Of a DNA stretch of 64,000 bases, positions 31,754 to 41,809 are shown piece by piece. The notes under the pieces are model-generated. The model ran no database searches. It saw only the letters and a program-made list of their open reading frames with translations, and was not told the origin of the DNA. The DNA comes from Spirochaetia bacterium (GTDB lineage: Bacteria; Spirochaetota; Spirochaetia; SZUA-6; Bin103). Each line of letters starts with the position of its first letter. The stretch's first letter is position 1. The position numbers and the translations under genes were made by a program. The stretch lies in NCBI GenBank assembly GCA_965203905.1, contig CBDBDQ010000005.1, forward strand, positions 3,232,001-3,296,000, in the 5' to 3' direction.

Positions 31754-33622
31754 ATGACATTCGAAGAGCTTGATCTTGATTCCAGGCTCCTCCAGGCGAC
31801 TCGCGATGCGGGATTCACCGCATGCACGCCCGTGCAGGAGCAGACCTTTGTATACAGTCTGATAGGTGCCGACGTAGCGGTTCAGTCGCAGACCGGCACC
31901 GGCAAGACCGCCGCGTTCCTCATCACCATATACCAGCTTTTTCTGGAGCAGCGCAGCCTCGATGACCGTATCGCCCTGATCGTGGCCCCCACCCGCGAAC
32001 TTGCCGATCAGATCGAGATGGATGCCCGCCAGTTGGGCAAGCACCTCGATTTTTCCATCGCCAGCTTCTACGGCGGCGTGGGGTACGACAAGCAGGAGCG
32101 GGCCCTGGCCGCCGGCGTGCGCGTGGCGATCGGCACGCCCGGACGCCTGCTGGACTTCGCCAAGCAGCGCAAGCTGGACCTGCGCCAGGTCGGCATCCTG
32201 GTCATCGACGAAGCCGACCGCCTGTTCGACATGGGGTTCATCCCCGACCTGCGGCGCCTCATCCGCCAGATGCCGGGCCGCGACGAGCGCATCACCATGC
32301 TCTACAGCGCCACCCTGAGCACCCGCGTCAAGTCACTGGCGTGGGAGCACATGAAGAACCCGGCGGAGATTACGATTACGCCGGAACGGGTCACGGTGGA
32401 TGAGATCACGCAGGAGCTGTACCACGTTCCCCGCGAGCGCAAGCTGAGCCTGCTGCTCGGGATCCTGTCGCGCGAGCAACGGCGCAACGCGCTGATTTTC
32501 ACCAACACCAAGCAGGTGGCCTTCGAAGTGGCCACCCGGCTGCAGCGCAACGGCCTCACCTGCGAGTACATCATCGGCGATCTCCCGCAACGCAAGCGCC
32601 AGCGCCTGATCGACGATCTGAAGGCGGGCGAGCTGCAGTATCTGGTGGCCACCGACGTCGCGGCCCGTGGTCTGCACATCGAGGAGCTGGACCTGGTGGT
32701 GAACTACGACCTGCCGGAGTACAGCGAGAACTACGTGCACCGCATCGGGCGCACCGCACGGGCGGGCCGCACCGGCAAGGCGATCGCGCTGGCGTGCGAA
32801 GAGTACGTGTTCGCCCTGGAAGGGATCGAAGAATTCATTCGCATGACCATCCCCGCCGTCACGGCGAATGGCGACCTGTACCTGGAAGATGCCAGTACCG
32901 GCATGCGCGTCGGCCACTACATGGCGCAGCGCCGGCGCGAGGAACGGCATGGCCGCGGCGGTTCGCGCGCCGGTACGCGGGAAGCGGGTCGCGGCGCCGG
33001 CAGCGGTGCGCGGCGGGCTCCGGCCATGGCTGCAGCGGCCGCGGGCAACGGCCAGGGCGGTGCGGCGGCGGTCGCGGCCCGTGAGCGCCCGGCCGAGCCA
33101 CGCGCGGCTGCCAGCGCCGGACGCGGTGCGGTGCGCGGCTCCGAAGCAGCGTCCGGCTCGCGGCGCACATCCGGCGGTGACGGCGGCGCGCGGAGTTCCA
33201 GGCCGGCCGGCGGACGGGACGGCACTTCCCGACCTGCCGCAACCGAGGGTGGCGGCGTGCGGCGTGCGCGGCGCCGGCGCGGGGGACGCGGCGGGGCTGG
33301 CCGGAACGGCGCCCGGCCGGAGTCCGCGTCCGCGGCGCCGGGCGTGCCGCGTCCGCGGCCAGCTGCCAGCGGCGACGCGCCGGAACGGCGCTCAGCGCGA
33401 GACTCCGGTAACGGTATCAGCCGTTCGCGCAGCACCGAGGAGCGGCTCGCCTACTACCGCGAAAAGTACGGCGAGGACTTCAAGCTCGCGCAGCAGCCCG
33501 CGCCGGTGAGCGCGGAACCCGCGGCCGGCGAGCCGCAGAACGACGGCGCCAAGCCGGCGCCGCGAAAGCACGGCCTGCTGGCACGGCTGTTCCGGCGCCG
33601 CAGCGGCCAGCCCCGCGCCTGA
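31754..33622 (+). CDS. DEAD-box RNA helicase (RhlB-like) with a long low-complexity C-tail
   Basis: QTGTGKT, PTRELA, TPGRLLD, DEADR, SAT, ARGL, HRIGRTAR. Confidence 0.95.
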   Translation: MTFEELDLDSRLLQATRDAGFTACTPVQEQTFVYSLIGADVAVQSQTGTGKTAAFLITIYQLFLEQRSLDDRIALIVAPTRELADQIEMDARQLGKHLDFSIASFYGGVGYDKQERALAAGVRVAIGTPGRLLDFAKQRKLDLRQVGILVIDEADRLFDMGFIPDLRRLIRQMPGRDERITMLYSATLSTRVKSLAWEHMKNPAEITITPERVTVDEITQELYHVPRERKLSLLLGILSREQRRNALIFTNTKQVAFEVATRLQRNGLTCEYIIGDLPQRKRQRLIDDLKAGELQYLVATDVAARGLHIEELDLVVNYDLPEYSENYVHRIGRTARAGRTGKAIALACEEYVFALEGIEEFIRMTIPAVTANGDLYLEDASTGMRVGHYMAQRRREERHGRGGSRAGTREAGRGAGSGARRAPAMAAAAAGNGQGGAAAVAARERPAEPRAAASAGRGAVRGSEAASGSRRTSGGDGGARSSRPAGGRDGTSRPAATEGGGVRRARRRRGGRGGAGRNGARPESASAAPGVPRPRPAASGDAPERRSARDSGNGISRSRSTEERLAYYREKYGEDFKLAQQPAPVSAEPAAGEPQNDGAKPAPRKHGLLARLFRRRSGQPRA

Positions 33623-33635
33623 CCCCACAAGTCGC

Positions 33636-34505
33636 ATGGGCGCCCGCATCATCAAGGGCGGTCCGGTCGCCGCGCGTATCCGCGCGCAGGTGGCGGCGGA
33701 GGTAGCCGCCGGCGCCGGCCAGGGACCTGCGCCACGCTTGCAGGTGTTGCTGGCAGGCGACGATCCCGGGTCACTGTGGTATGCCCGGGCCAAGGCCAAG
33801 CTGGGCGCCAGGGTGGGCGTCCGCGTGAAGGTGGAGCGCTTCCCGGCGGCCGTTTCCACCGCCGCCCTGTGTGGTGCCATCCGGGACTGGAATCACGATA
33901 GGTCAGTGCATGGCATTCTGGTCGAGTTGCCGTTGCCGGCCGGCGTGGACAAGCGGCTGGTGCTGGAAGCGATCGAGCCGCGCAAGGACGTCGACGGGGT
34001 GACCCCGGTGAACCGCGGACTGCTGTTCAGCGGCGCCGAGCGCGAGGCCCTGGTGCCGGCTACTCCGCTGGCCTGCCTGGAGCTGCTGGCCGAGGTGCCG
34101 GCGCAGGCGGAGGGCAAGCGTGCCGCGGTAGTCGGGCGCGGCGATACGGTAGGTCGTCCGCTGGCGGCCTTGCTGGTAACCCGTCACGCCACCGTCACCA
34201 TCTGCCACACGCGCACGCCCGACCTGGCGGCCGTGGTGCGGCAGGCCGACCTGGTGTTCGCCGCCGCCGGCCGTCCCGGCGTGGTGCGCGGTGAGATGAT
34301 CCGGCCCGGAGCCACCGTGATCGACGCCGGCATCACGGAGGTGGAGGGCGGCATCGTCGGCGACGTGGAGTGGGACAGCGTGACCGCGGTGGCCGGGGCC
34401 GCGAGCCCGGTGCCCGGCGGCGTGGGCACGGTCACCACGGCACTGATCATGCGCAACGTGCTGCGCGCCCGCACCCTGCAGCAGGCACAGGAGGCCAGGT
34501 CATGA
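33636..34505 (+). CDS. folD: Bifunctional methylenetetrahydrofolate dehydrogenase/cyclohydrolase
   Basis: HGILVELPLP, KDVDG, PATP, VGRP, TICHTRT, PVPGGVG. Confidence 0.93.
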   Translation: MGARIIKGGPVAARIRAQVAAEVAAGAGQGPAPRLQVLLAGDDPGSLWYARAKAKLGARVGVRVKVERFPAAVSTAALCGAIRDWNHDRSVHGILVELPLPAGVDKRLVLEAIEPRKDVDGVTPVNRGLLFSGAEREALVPATPLACLELLAEVPAQAEGKRAAVVGRGDTVGRPLAALLVTRHATVTICHTRTPDLAAVVRQADLVFAAAGRPGVVRGEMIRPGATVIDAGITEVEGGIVGDVEWDSVTAVAGAASPVPGGVGTVTTALIMRNVLRARTLQQAQEARS

Positions 34506-35146
34506 GCGACCCCACGCACGCGGAATTGTTCGAGCTGCCGGTCGGCGCCTTTCTGGAGCGCACGGCCTCGGCCGCGCCCACGCCTGGCGGCGGCTCGGTA
34601 GCCGCGCTGACCGGCGCCCTGGCGAGCGCGCTGGTGGCGATGGTAGCGCGCCTCACGGATGGCAAGAAGGGCTACGAACAGGGGTGGGAGGTGGCGGCGG
34701 CGGCCACCGCGGGTGCGGATCGGCTGAGCGCGGAGCTGCAGGCCGCAGCGCTGGAGGATGTCCGCAGCTTCGAGGCCTACATGGCCGCGCTGCGCCTGCC
34801 GAAGGGCTCGCCGGAGGAGCGGCAGACGCGCCGCGCCGCCCTGGAAACGGCCACCCGCCGGGCCACCGCGGCGCCTCTGGCTATCGCCGCGGCATGCGCA
34901 GACGTGCTTGCCCTCGCCGAGCGGCTGGCGCCGGTAGCCAACCGCCACGCGGTTTCCGACATCGGTGCCGCGGCGCACCTGGCCGGCGCGGCCGCGGGAG
35001 CGGCACTGCTCACCGCTGAGATCAACCTCGGCTCGGCTCCGGATGGTGAGTTTTTTGATGCGGCGCGGGTACAGGCTGCCGATTTGCGTTCCAAAACCGA
35101 GAACACAGCCCCTGCGGTCATCAAGGCCGTAGAAACACGAATCTGA
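34502..35146 (+). CDS. Cyclodeaminase/cyclohydrolase family protein (FchA/FTCD_C)
   Basis: ASAAPTPGGGSVAAL.GAL...L..MVARLT.GKKGY, N.HAVSD. Confidence 0.9.
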   Translation: MSDPTHAELFELPVGAFLERTASAAPTPGGGSVAALTGALASALVAMVARLTDGKKGYEQGWEVAAAATAGADRLSAELQAAALEDVRSFEAYMAALRLPKGSPEERQTRRAALETATRRATAAPLAIAAACADVLALAERLAPVANRHAVSDIGAAAHLAGAAAGAALLTAEINLGSAPDGEFFDAARVQAADLRSKTENTAPAVIKAVETRI

Positions 35147-35303
35147 ATCGCCAGTTATTCGACCGCGAATCTCTCATGCTGCCAAATTACGGGCAGAAGT
35201 TGTCGATTTTTGCTTGGGTTCAGATTTTGTCGTCAGAGTACTTGCCTCGCTGAGCAATAACCGGCATATTCCTCACTCTCAAACGATCCGAGGAGGGTAT
35301 TAG

Positions 35304-37034
35304 ATGGCAACAGTGGACCAAAATGGCTACGATGGCGGCCAGGCCCTGGTCAAGGCGCTGGAAAACGAGGGTATAGAGTACGTGTTTGGCCTCTCCGGCG
35401 GCGCCGCACTGCCGATTTTCGACGCTCTGGTATCGACCGATAACAAGATGAAGTTCGTCCTGGTACGGCACGAGCAGGGCGGCAGCCACATGGCCGACGG
35501 CTATGCGCGGGCCACCGGCAAGCCGGCGGTGGTGCTGGTCACCAGCGGGCCCGGGGCCACCAACACCCTGACCGGGATCATGACCGCGCACATGGACTCG
35601 GTGCCGATGCTCGTGGTCACCGGCCAGCAGGTCACCGGCATGCTCGGCAAGGACGCCTTCCAGGAAGCCGACATCTTCGGCATCACCATGCCGATCGTGA
35701 AGCACAGCTACCTGGTCAAGGACACCAACGCCATCCCGCGCATCGTGCGCGAGGCGTACCACATCGCCACCACCGGACGTCCCGGGCCGGTGCTGATCGA
35801 CGTGCCCAAGGACGTGAGCCAGGCACCGATGGGCAACGGTGCGTATGAGCGGATGGACATACCCGGCTACGACGTTCCCGAGGAGGGTGACCGCGAGGTG
35901 ATCGTGCAGGCGGCTGCGGCCCTGAACGCCGCGCGCCGGCCGGTGATCCTGGTGGGCCACGGTGCCCTCATCGCCAAGGCCTCCGACTCGGTGCGCCGCC
36001 TGGCGGAGCGCCTGCAGGCACCGGTCACCACCACCCTGCTGGGCAAGGGGGCGTTCCCGGAGACCCACCCGCTGTCGCTGGGGATGCTCGGCATGCACGG
36101 CACCGCCTACGCCAACAAGGCGATGGTGGAGTGCGACCTGGTGATGTCGATCGGCTCCCGCTTCGACGACCGCATCATCGGCCAGCCGCACCGCTTCTGC
36201 CGCAACGCGACGGTCATTCACGTCGACATCGATCCCGGCGAGAACGGCAAGATGATCAAGCCCGACCATTTCATCCAGGGCGACGCGCGGCTGGTGGTGG
36301 AGGAGTTGATCAAGCACGTCACCCGGCTCGACAGCGACTCCTGGCTGGCGCACCTTGATCGCTACAAGGTCAAGTTGCCACTCAAGTACCGCAAGCAGGG
36401 CGGCCTCAAGATGCAGCACATCATCGACGAGCTGTACCGGCTCACCGAGGGCCGGGCGATCGTCTCCACCGACGTGGGCCAGCACCAGATGTGGGCGGCG
36501 CAGTTCTACAAGACCGACTACCCCGAAAACTGGCTCAGCTCCGGCGGCGCCGGCACCATGGGCTACGGTTTCCCCGCTGCCATCGGCGCCCAGTTCGGGC
36601 GGCCCGACGACCCGGTGCTGGCGATCGTCGGCGACGGCGGCTTCCAGATGACGCTGTGCGAGCTGGCCACGGCGTGCATCCACCGCCTGCCGATCAAGGT
36701 GATCGTGCTCAATAACCACTACCTCGGAATGGTGCGGCAGTGGCAGGAGTTGTTCTACGAGGAGCGCGAGAGCGGCGTCGACCTGGAGGGCAACCCCGAC
36801 TTCGCCAAGCTGGCCGAGGCCTACGGCGCCAAGGGTTTCACCCTGCGCCGGCCCGGTGACGTGCGCCGCATCCTCACCGCCGCGCTGGAGTACAACGACG
36901 GACCCTGCGTGGTGAACGCCGAGGTGGAGAAGACCGACAACGTGTTCCCCATGATCCCGGCCGGCAGCGCCCTGGAGGACATGATCGTGGAGCCGCCGAA
37001 GGTGAAGCTCGCCAAGCCCACGGGGTCGACGTAA
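35304..37034 (+). CDS. ilvB: Acetolactate synthase large subunit
   Basis: RHEQG..HMADGYAR, TSGPGATN, DAFQE, TDVGQHQMWAAQ, GDGGFQM..N.YLGMVRQWQ. Confidence 0.97.
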   Translation: MATVDQNGYDGGQALVKALENEGIEYVFGLSGGAALPIFDALVSTDNKMKFVLVRHEQGGSHMADGYARATGKPAVVLVTSGPGATNTLTGIMTAHMDSVPMLVVTGQQVTGMLGKDAFQEADIFGITMPIVKHSYLVKDTNAIPRIVREAYHIATTGRPGPVLIDVPKDVSQAPMGNGAYERMDIPGYDVPEEGDREVIVQAAAALNAARRPVILVGHGALIAKASDSVRRLAERLQAPVTTTLLGKGAFPETHPLSLGMLGMHGTAYANKAMVECDLVMSIGSRFDDRIIGQPHRFCRNATVIHVDIDPGENGKMIKPDHFIQGDARLVVEELIKHVTRLDSDSWLAHLDRYKVKLPLKYRKQGGLKMQHIIDELYRLTEGRAIVSTDVGQHQMWAAQFYKTDYPENWLSSGGAGTMGYGFPAAIGAQFGRPDDPVLAIVGDGGFQMTLCELATACIHRLPIKVIVLNNHYLGMVRQWQELFYEERESGVDLEGNPDFAKLAEAYGAKGFTLRRPGDVRRILTAALEYNDGPCVVNAEVEKTDNVFPMIPAGSALEDMIVEPPKVKLAKPTGST

Positions 37035-37537
37035 TGGCCATCGAAAACGGATCGATACACACGCTGAGCGCCCTGGTGGCCAACAAGCCCGGGGTGCTGG
37101 CGCGCATCGCCCAGGTGTTCGCCCGGCGCGGCTTCAACATCGAGTCGCTGGTGGTGTCGCCGTCCAAGGACGGCGCCTACTCGCGCATGACCATCGGCAC
37201 CAGCGGCACCGAGGGGGGGCTCGGGCAGATCCTGGCCCAGGTCAACAAGCTGGTGGACGTGCTGCACTGCTACGACCACACCTTCGACAACGCGGTGGTG
37301 CGCGAGCTGGCCCTGGTCAAGGTGTCGGTCGGCGCCCAGGAACGCACCGAGGCATTGCAGATCGCCCAGCACTTCGGCTGCCGCACCGAGGACCTGACCG
37401 AGGAGTCGATGATCGTCATGGCCACCGGTGCCACGGAGAAGATCGACGCCCTGATCAAGATGCTGCAGAAGTTCACCATCGTCGAGATGGTACGCACCGG
37501 CAAGGTAGTGATGATGCGCGGCGAAGGCTCCACCTGA
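37034..37537 (+). CDS. ilvN: Acetolactate synthase small subunit
   Basis: NKPGVLARI..VFARRGFNIESL, RELALVKV, EMVRTG. Confidence 0.96.
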   Translation: MAIENGSIHTLSALVANKPGVLARIAQVFARRGFNIESLVVSPSKDGAYSRMTIGTSGTEGGLGQILAQVNKLVDVLHCYDHTFDNAVVRELALVKVSVGAQERTEALQIAQHFGCRTEDLTEESMIVMATGATEKIDALIKMLQKFTIVEMVRTGKVVMMRGEGST

Positions 37538-38293
37538 ATGACGCTGTCTTTCGCGCAGAAACAGGAGATAATCGACAACGGCTACGTCAAGATTCCCGGC
37601 GTCGTGCCTCGCGCGATGCTGGATGCGGCGCTGCGGGCGATCAACAGCCTGGTTGGCGAGGGGCTGGGCGGCGACGAGATGACGGAGTTGCATGATGCCG
37701 CGGTCATCACTGACCTGCTGTTGCGGACGCCGGCCTGGGAGCTGGCGGAGTCGGCGATAGGGGGCGGCAGGATCGATCGCCCGAAACGAGCCCAGATCGC
37801 GCTGCGGTTTCCGAGCCTGGAGGATCCGCCGCCGGAGCCGATCGGTCATCTCGATGGCATGCATTCGGAGCACAACGGCGTGCCCAAGGGGGAGATCCGC
37901 AACTTCACCATGCTGGTGGGAATCTACCTCAGCGACGTGCCGGATCCCTACGCCGGCAACTTCACCGTGTGGCCGGGGACCCATCACGCGCACGAGCGCT
38001 ACTTTCGCGAGCACGGAGCGGAAGCGCTGCTCGACGGCATGCCGCCGATCGACCTGCCGCCGCCGGTGCACGTCACCGGTGCCGCCGGCGACGTCATCCT
38101 GGCGCACTACCAGGTTGCCCACACCGCGGTAGCCAACGTCTCGCCGCACACGCGCTACGCGGTCTTCTTCCGTCTGCGCCACGTCGGCCACCCCAGCTTC
38201 CGGCCGGAGGCGATGACCGACATCTGGCTGGACTGGGAAGGGCTGCGCGACCTCGCGCCGCGAGCAGGTGGCTGGCGAATTACGACGGAGTGA
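37538..38293 (+). CDS. PhyH-family dioxygenase
   Basis: DNGYVKIPGVV, QIALRFP, HLDG, GNFTVWPGTH, GDVILAHY...H. Confidence 0.85.
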   Translation: MTLSFAQKQEIIDNGYVKIPGVVPRAMLDAALRAINSLVGEGLGGDEMTELHDAAVITDLLLRTPAWELAESAIGGGRIDRPKRAQIALRFPSLEDPPPEPIGHLDGMHSEHNGVPKGEIRNFTMLVGIYLSDVPDPYAGNFTVWPGTHHAHERYFREHGAEALLDGMPPIDLPPPVHVTGAAGDVILAHYQVAHTAVANVSPHTRYAVFFRLRHVGHPSFRPEAMTDIWLDWEGLRDLAPRAGGWRITTE

Positions 38294-38344
38294 ATCGAGC
38301 GTGCGACGGCGATCCGGTCCGGCTCAGTTGCTTGGCGGATCCAA

Positions 38345-38530
38345 TCATTCGCCGGTATGACTCGCGTTGGGTGTCTTGAATGCCTTGTGTATCTCCTTCC
38401 CGGGGGAGGTAGACCCGGGAAACTGGATGCCCTGAACGGTTACCGCATCGACAACCTCGTACAGCACCTCCAGTAGATCGACCTGAAACAGATACTGGAG
38501 CGGGGAGGTGTTACAGATGACCTCGTGCAA
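38345..38530 (-). pseudogene. Truncated DUF3368/PIN toxin
   Basis: EVICNTSPLQYL.QVDLL..L is a DUF3368 N-terminus. Similarity is lost after ~30 aa. Confidence 0.6.
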
Positions 38531-38759
38531 CGGCCAGGTCCCGCCGTAACTCGTCGGCGTCCTGGCTGAAGGTGTCAACTCCGTACTCGGACAGCTTCGT
38601 CAGGAAGAGCGGCTTCGGCACCCCCGCCCACTCTGCTGCGGCTCCCGTAGACATCAGACCCTGCCGGTAGAGACCAACAGCCGCTTCGACTCGCGCATCT
38701 TCCCAGCATTGATCCGGCATCAGGTCCGGCGCGAGAAAGTCCTCCGCGATTGCAGACAT
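38511..38759 (-). CDS. UPF0175 family antitoxin
   Basis: AAVGLYRQGLMSTGAAAEWAGVPKPLFL.KLSEYGVDTF, with GGAGG RBS. Confidence 0.85.
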   Translation of the reverse strand: MSAIAEDFLAPDLMPDQCWEDARVEAAVGLYRQGLMSTGAAAEWAGVPKPLFLTKLSEYGVDTFSQDADELRRDLAVARGHL

Positions 38760-38823
38760 GTCCGACCTCCTGTCTGGGCCACCATTTACCAGGCAATTGT
38801 GCTTATAATAGCGTAGCACGACC

Positions 38824-41328
38824 ATGGAGACTCAGGCCACGACCAGGGAGCGGCGGGCGGGCTACGATCCCGCCGCCATCGAGCCCAAGTGGCAGCAGCG
38901 CTGGGACCGCGACGGGCTGCACCGGGCGCGCATCGACCCGGGGCGCAAGAAGCACTACTGCCTCACCATGCTGCCCTATCCGTCCGGTGACCTGCATATC
39001 GGGCACTGGTATGCGATGACCCCGCCGGACGCACGCGCCCGCTACCTGCGCATGAAGGGCTACAACGTGATGTACCCGATGGGGTTCGACGCCTTCGGCC
39101 TGCCAGCCGAAAACGCCGCGATCAGTCGCAACATCCACCCCAAGGAGTGGACCTACGCCAACATCGACCGTATGCGCGGCCAGCTGCGCACCATGGGTGC
39201 GATGTGGGACTGGGAGCGCGAGGCGACCTCCTCGGATCCCGAGTACTACCGCTGGACGCAGTGGTTCTTCCTCAAGCTGCTGGCGCACGATCTGGCCTAC
39301 CGCAGCCACGCCGCGGTCGACTTCTGCCCCAACTGCAACACTACCGTGGCGCGCGAGCAGGTGGTCGGCGAGGAGCGGCTGTGCGAACGCTGCGACACGC
39401 CGGTGGTCAAGCGCGACCTGGAGCAGTGGTTCCTGCGCATCACCCGCTATGCCGAGGAGCTGCTGCGCTTCGAGGGCATCGACTGGCCGGAGCGGGTCCT
39501 TACCCTGCAGACCAACTGGATCGGCCGCAGCGAGGGCGCCCACGTGGCGTTCCGCACCGAGCAGGGCGACTCGCTGGAGGTGTTCACTACCCGGCCCGAC
39601 ACCCTGTGGGGGGCCACCTTCATGGTGCTCGCCCCCGAGCATCCGCTGGTCGCCAAGCTCGCCACGCCCGAGCGCCGGGCCGAGGTGGAGGCGTACGCGG
39701 CCGCGGCCACGCGCCAGACCGACATCGAGCGCGAGGCGGCGGGGCGCGAGAAGAGCGGGGTGTTCACCGGCGCCTACGCCATCAATCCGGTCAACGACGA
39801 GAAGGTTCCGATCTGGACCGCCGACTACGTGCTGATGACCTACGGCACCGGCGCCATCATGGCGGTGCCGGCGCACGACGAGCGTGACTTCGCCTTCGCC
39901 CGCGCCTACGGCCTGACCGTGCGCCCGGTGATCCAGCCGGCGGGTCTCGATCCGCTGGACGGCGAGACGATGAGCGAAGCGGTGATCGCCAAGGGGGCGA
40001 TGATCGACTCCGGACCGCTCACCGGCACCCCCGCCGAGGAGGCGATCGCGCGCACCATCGAGTGGCTCGGCGAGCGCGGCATCGGCCGCGCCGAGGTGGT
40101 CTACCGACTGCGCGACTGGCTGATCTCGCGGCAGCGCTACTGGGGGTGCCCCATCCCCGTGGTCCACTGCGAACGCTGCGGCGCCGTGCCGGTACCCGAA
40201 GATCAGCTTCCGGTGGAGTTGCCGGACGACATCGAGTGGCGGCCCACCGGCGAGAGTCCGCTCAAGTTTCACCCCACGTGGCGCAACACCAACTGTCCGC
40301 GGTGCGAACAACCGGCGGAGCGGGAGACCGACACCATGGACACCTTCCTGTGCTCGTCGTGGTACCACCTGCGCTACCTCAGCCCCGACTACACCGGAGG
40401 CCCGTTCGACGCCGACGAGTATCGCTACTGGATGCCGGTCGACACCTACACCGGCGGCGCCGAGCACGCCACGATGCACCTGATGTACACGCGGTTCTTC
40501 CACAAGGCGAACCGCGACATGGGCATCGAGACCGGCGCCGAGCCGATGCTGCAACTGCGCAACCAGGGCCAGATCCTCTCCGACGACGGCGCCCGGATGA
40601 GCAAGTCGCGCGGCAACGTGACCGACCCTGACGAACTGGTGGCGCGCCATGGCGCCGACGCGGTGCGCGCGTTCCTGATGTTTGGCTACCGCTGGTCGGA
40701 GGGTGGCCCGTGGAACTACGGCAACATCCAGGGAGTGGTGCGCTGGCTGGGGCGGGTATGGGATCTCGTCCAGCGAATGCGGGAGGCGGATGTCACCGAT
40801 TCGGCGTACACCGAGAACGGCAACTCCCGGCTGCTCGGCGACGTGGTGCGCAGGACGCACCAGGCGATTCAACGCGTCACGCACGACTTCGAGGAGTTCG
40901 AGTTCAACACCGTCGTGTCGGAATTGATGAAGCTGAACAATGCGATCCTGGCCACGGAGTCGGATGCCGGCTCCGGCTTCATCGGCCAGCCGCAGGTGCG
41001 CGAGTCGGTGCTGACCATGCTCACGCTGATGGCGCCGGTCACGCCGCACCTCGCCGAGGAGCTGTGGCAGCAGCTCGGCCAGCCCTACAGCATCCACCGG
41101 CAGCCGTGGCCCGAGGCGGATGCCGCGCTGGCCGCCGACGAGTTGATTACCCTGGTAGTGCAGGTCAACGGCAAGGTGCGCGGCAAGGTCGAGGTGCCGG
41201 CCGGCATCGAGCAGCCGGAGGCGGAGCGCCTGGCGCGCGCCGCGCCGAACGTGGCCCGCTCCCTCGGTGAGCGCAAGCCGCGGCGGGTGATCGCGGTGCC
41301 CGGCAAGCTGATAAACTTCGTGTTATGA
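38824..41328 (+). CDS. leuS: Leucine--tRNA ligase
   Basis: MLPYPSGDLHIGH, FTTRPDT, GTGAIMAVPAHDERD, DWLISRQRYWG, RMSKS, VVQVNGKVR. Confidence 0.98.
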   Translation: METQATTRERRAGYDPAAIEPKWQQRWDRDGLHRARIDPGRKKHYCLTMLPYPSGDLHIGHWYAMTPPDARARYLRMKGYNVMYPMGFDAFGLPAENAAISRNIHPKEWTYANIDRMRGQLRTMGAMWDWEREATSSDPEYYRWTQWFFLKLLAHDLAYRSHAAVDFCPNCNTTVAREQVVGEERLCERCDTPVVKRDLEQWFLRITRYAEELLRFEGIDWPERVLTLQTNWIGRSEGAHVAFRTEQGDSLEVFTTRPDTLWGATFMVLAPEHPLVAKLATPERRAEVEAYAAAATRQTDIEREAAGREKSGVFTGAYAINPVNDEKVPIWTADYVLMTYGTGAIMAVPAHDERDFAFARAYGLTVRPVIQPAGLDPLDGETMSEAVIAKGAMIDSGPLTGTPAEEAIARTIEWLGERGIGRAEVVYRLRDWLISRQRYWGCPIPVVHCERCGAVPVPEDQLPVELPDDIEWRPTGESPLKFHPTWRNTNCPRCEQPAERETDTMDTFLCSSWYHLRYLSPDYTGGPFDADEYRYWMPVDTYTGGAEHATMHLMYTRFFHKANRDMGIETGAEPMLQLRNQGQILSDDGARMSKSRGNVTDPDELVARHGADAVRAFLMFGYRWSEGGPWNYGNIQGVVRWLGRVWDLVQRMREADVTDSAYTENGNSRLLGDVVRRTHQAIQRVTHDFEEFEFNTVVSELMKLNNAILATESDAGSGFIGQPQVRESVLTMLTLMAPVTPHLAEELWQQLGQPYSIHRQPWPEADAALAADELITLVVQVNGKVRGKVEVPAGIEQPEAERLARAAPNVARSLGERKPRRVIAVPGKLINFVL

Positions 41329-41798
41329 GTGAAGCCTATCGCTACGGCGGCGCACGCGCGCTGGTGCGCCTCCACGAGCGCCACCTGTGGGAGTTCTGGG
41401 CCACCTGGTGCGAAGCACAGAACGCCAGGGTGCAGCTCCCCGAGACCGAGGATCCGAACTACGCCTCGCTGGAGGTGCTGCTGCACCACGTGTTGCAAAG
41501 CGCCCGCGGCTACCTGCAGTGGATCTGCACGCAGCTCCAGTTGCCCGATCCCGGCATCGATCGGGCGCCGCCGCCGGAACGCGCCCCCGACGAGGCGGCC
41601 GCCTACCTGGGGCACCTGCTGGAGCGCTGGCGCACGCCGCTGCGCGACGTGGCGCGGGAGGAGTTTCGCAAGCCGGTCCAGCAGGCGCTGACCGCCACCA
41701 ACATCGAGGCGATGCTGGAGCACGCGGTGATGCACCCGATCCGGCACACGTTCCAGCTTCGCAACCTGTTGGCGGAGCAGCAGGCGCTCGCGGAGTAG
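41325..41798 (+). CDS. DinB-like protein
   Basis: LLHHVL...MLEHAVMHPIRHTFQL metal-binding His pattern. Confidence 0.7.
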   Translation: MSEAYRYGGARALVRLHERHLWEFWATWCEAQNARVQLPETEDPNYASLEVLLHHVLQSARGYLQWICTQLQLPDPGIDRAPPPERAPDEAAAYLGHLLERWRTPLRDVAREEFRKPVQQALTATNIEAMLEHAVMHPIRHTFQLRNLLAEQQALAE

Positions 41799-41809
41799 CC
41801 GCGAAGCGA

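Noticed and set aside
32930-33420. Ala/Gly/Arg-rich stretch in the helicase as a possible insertion element
   Set aside because: It is an in-frame low-complexity tail typical of DEAD-box helicases, with no terminal repeats.
41387-41809. N-terminal extension of PolA
   Set aside because: It overlaps the DinB-like gene in another frame. PolA motifs begin after ATG 41810.
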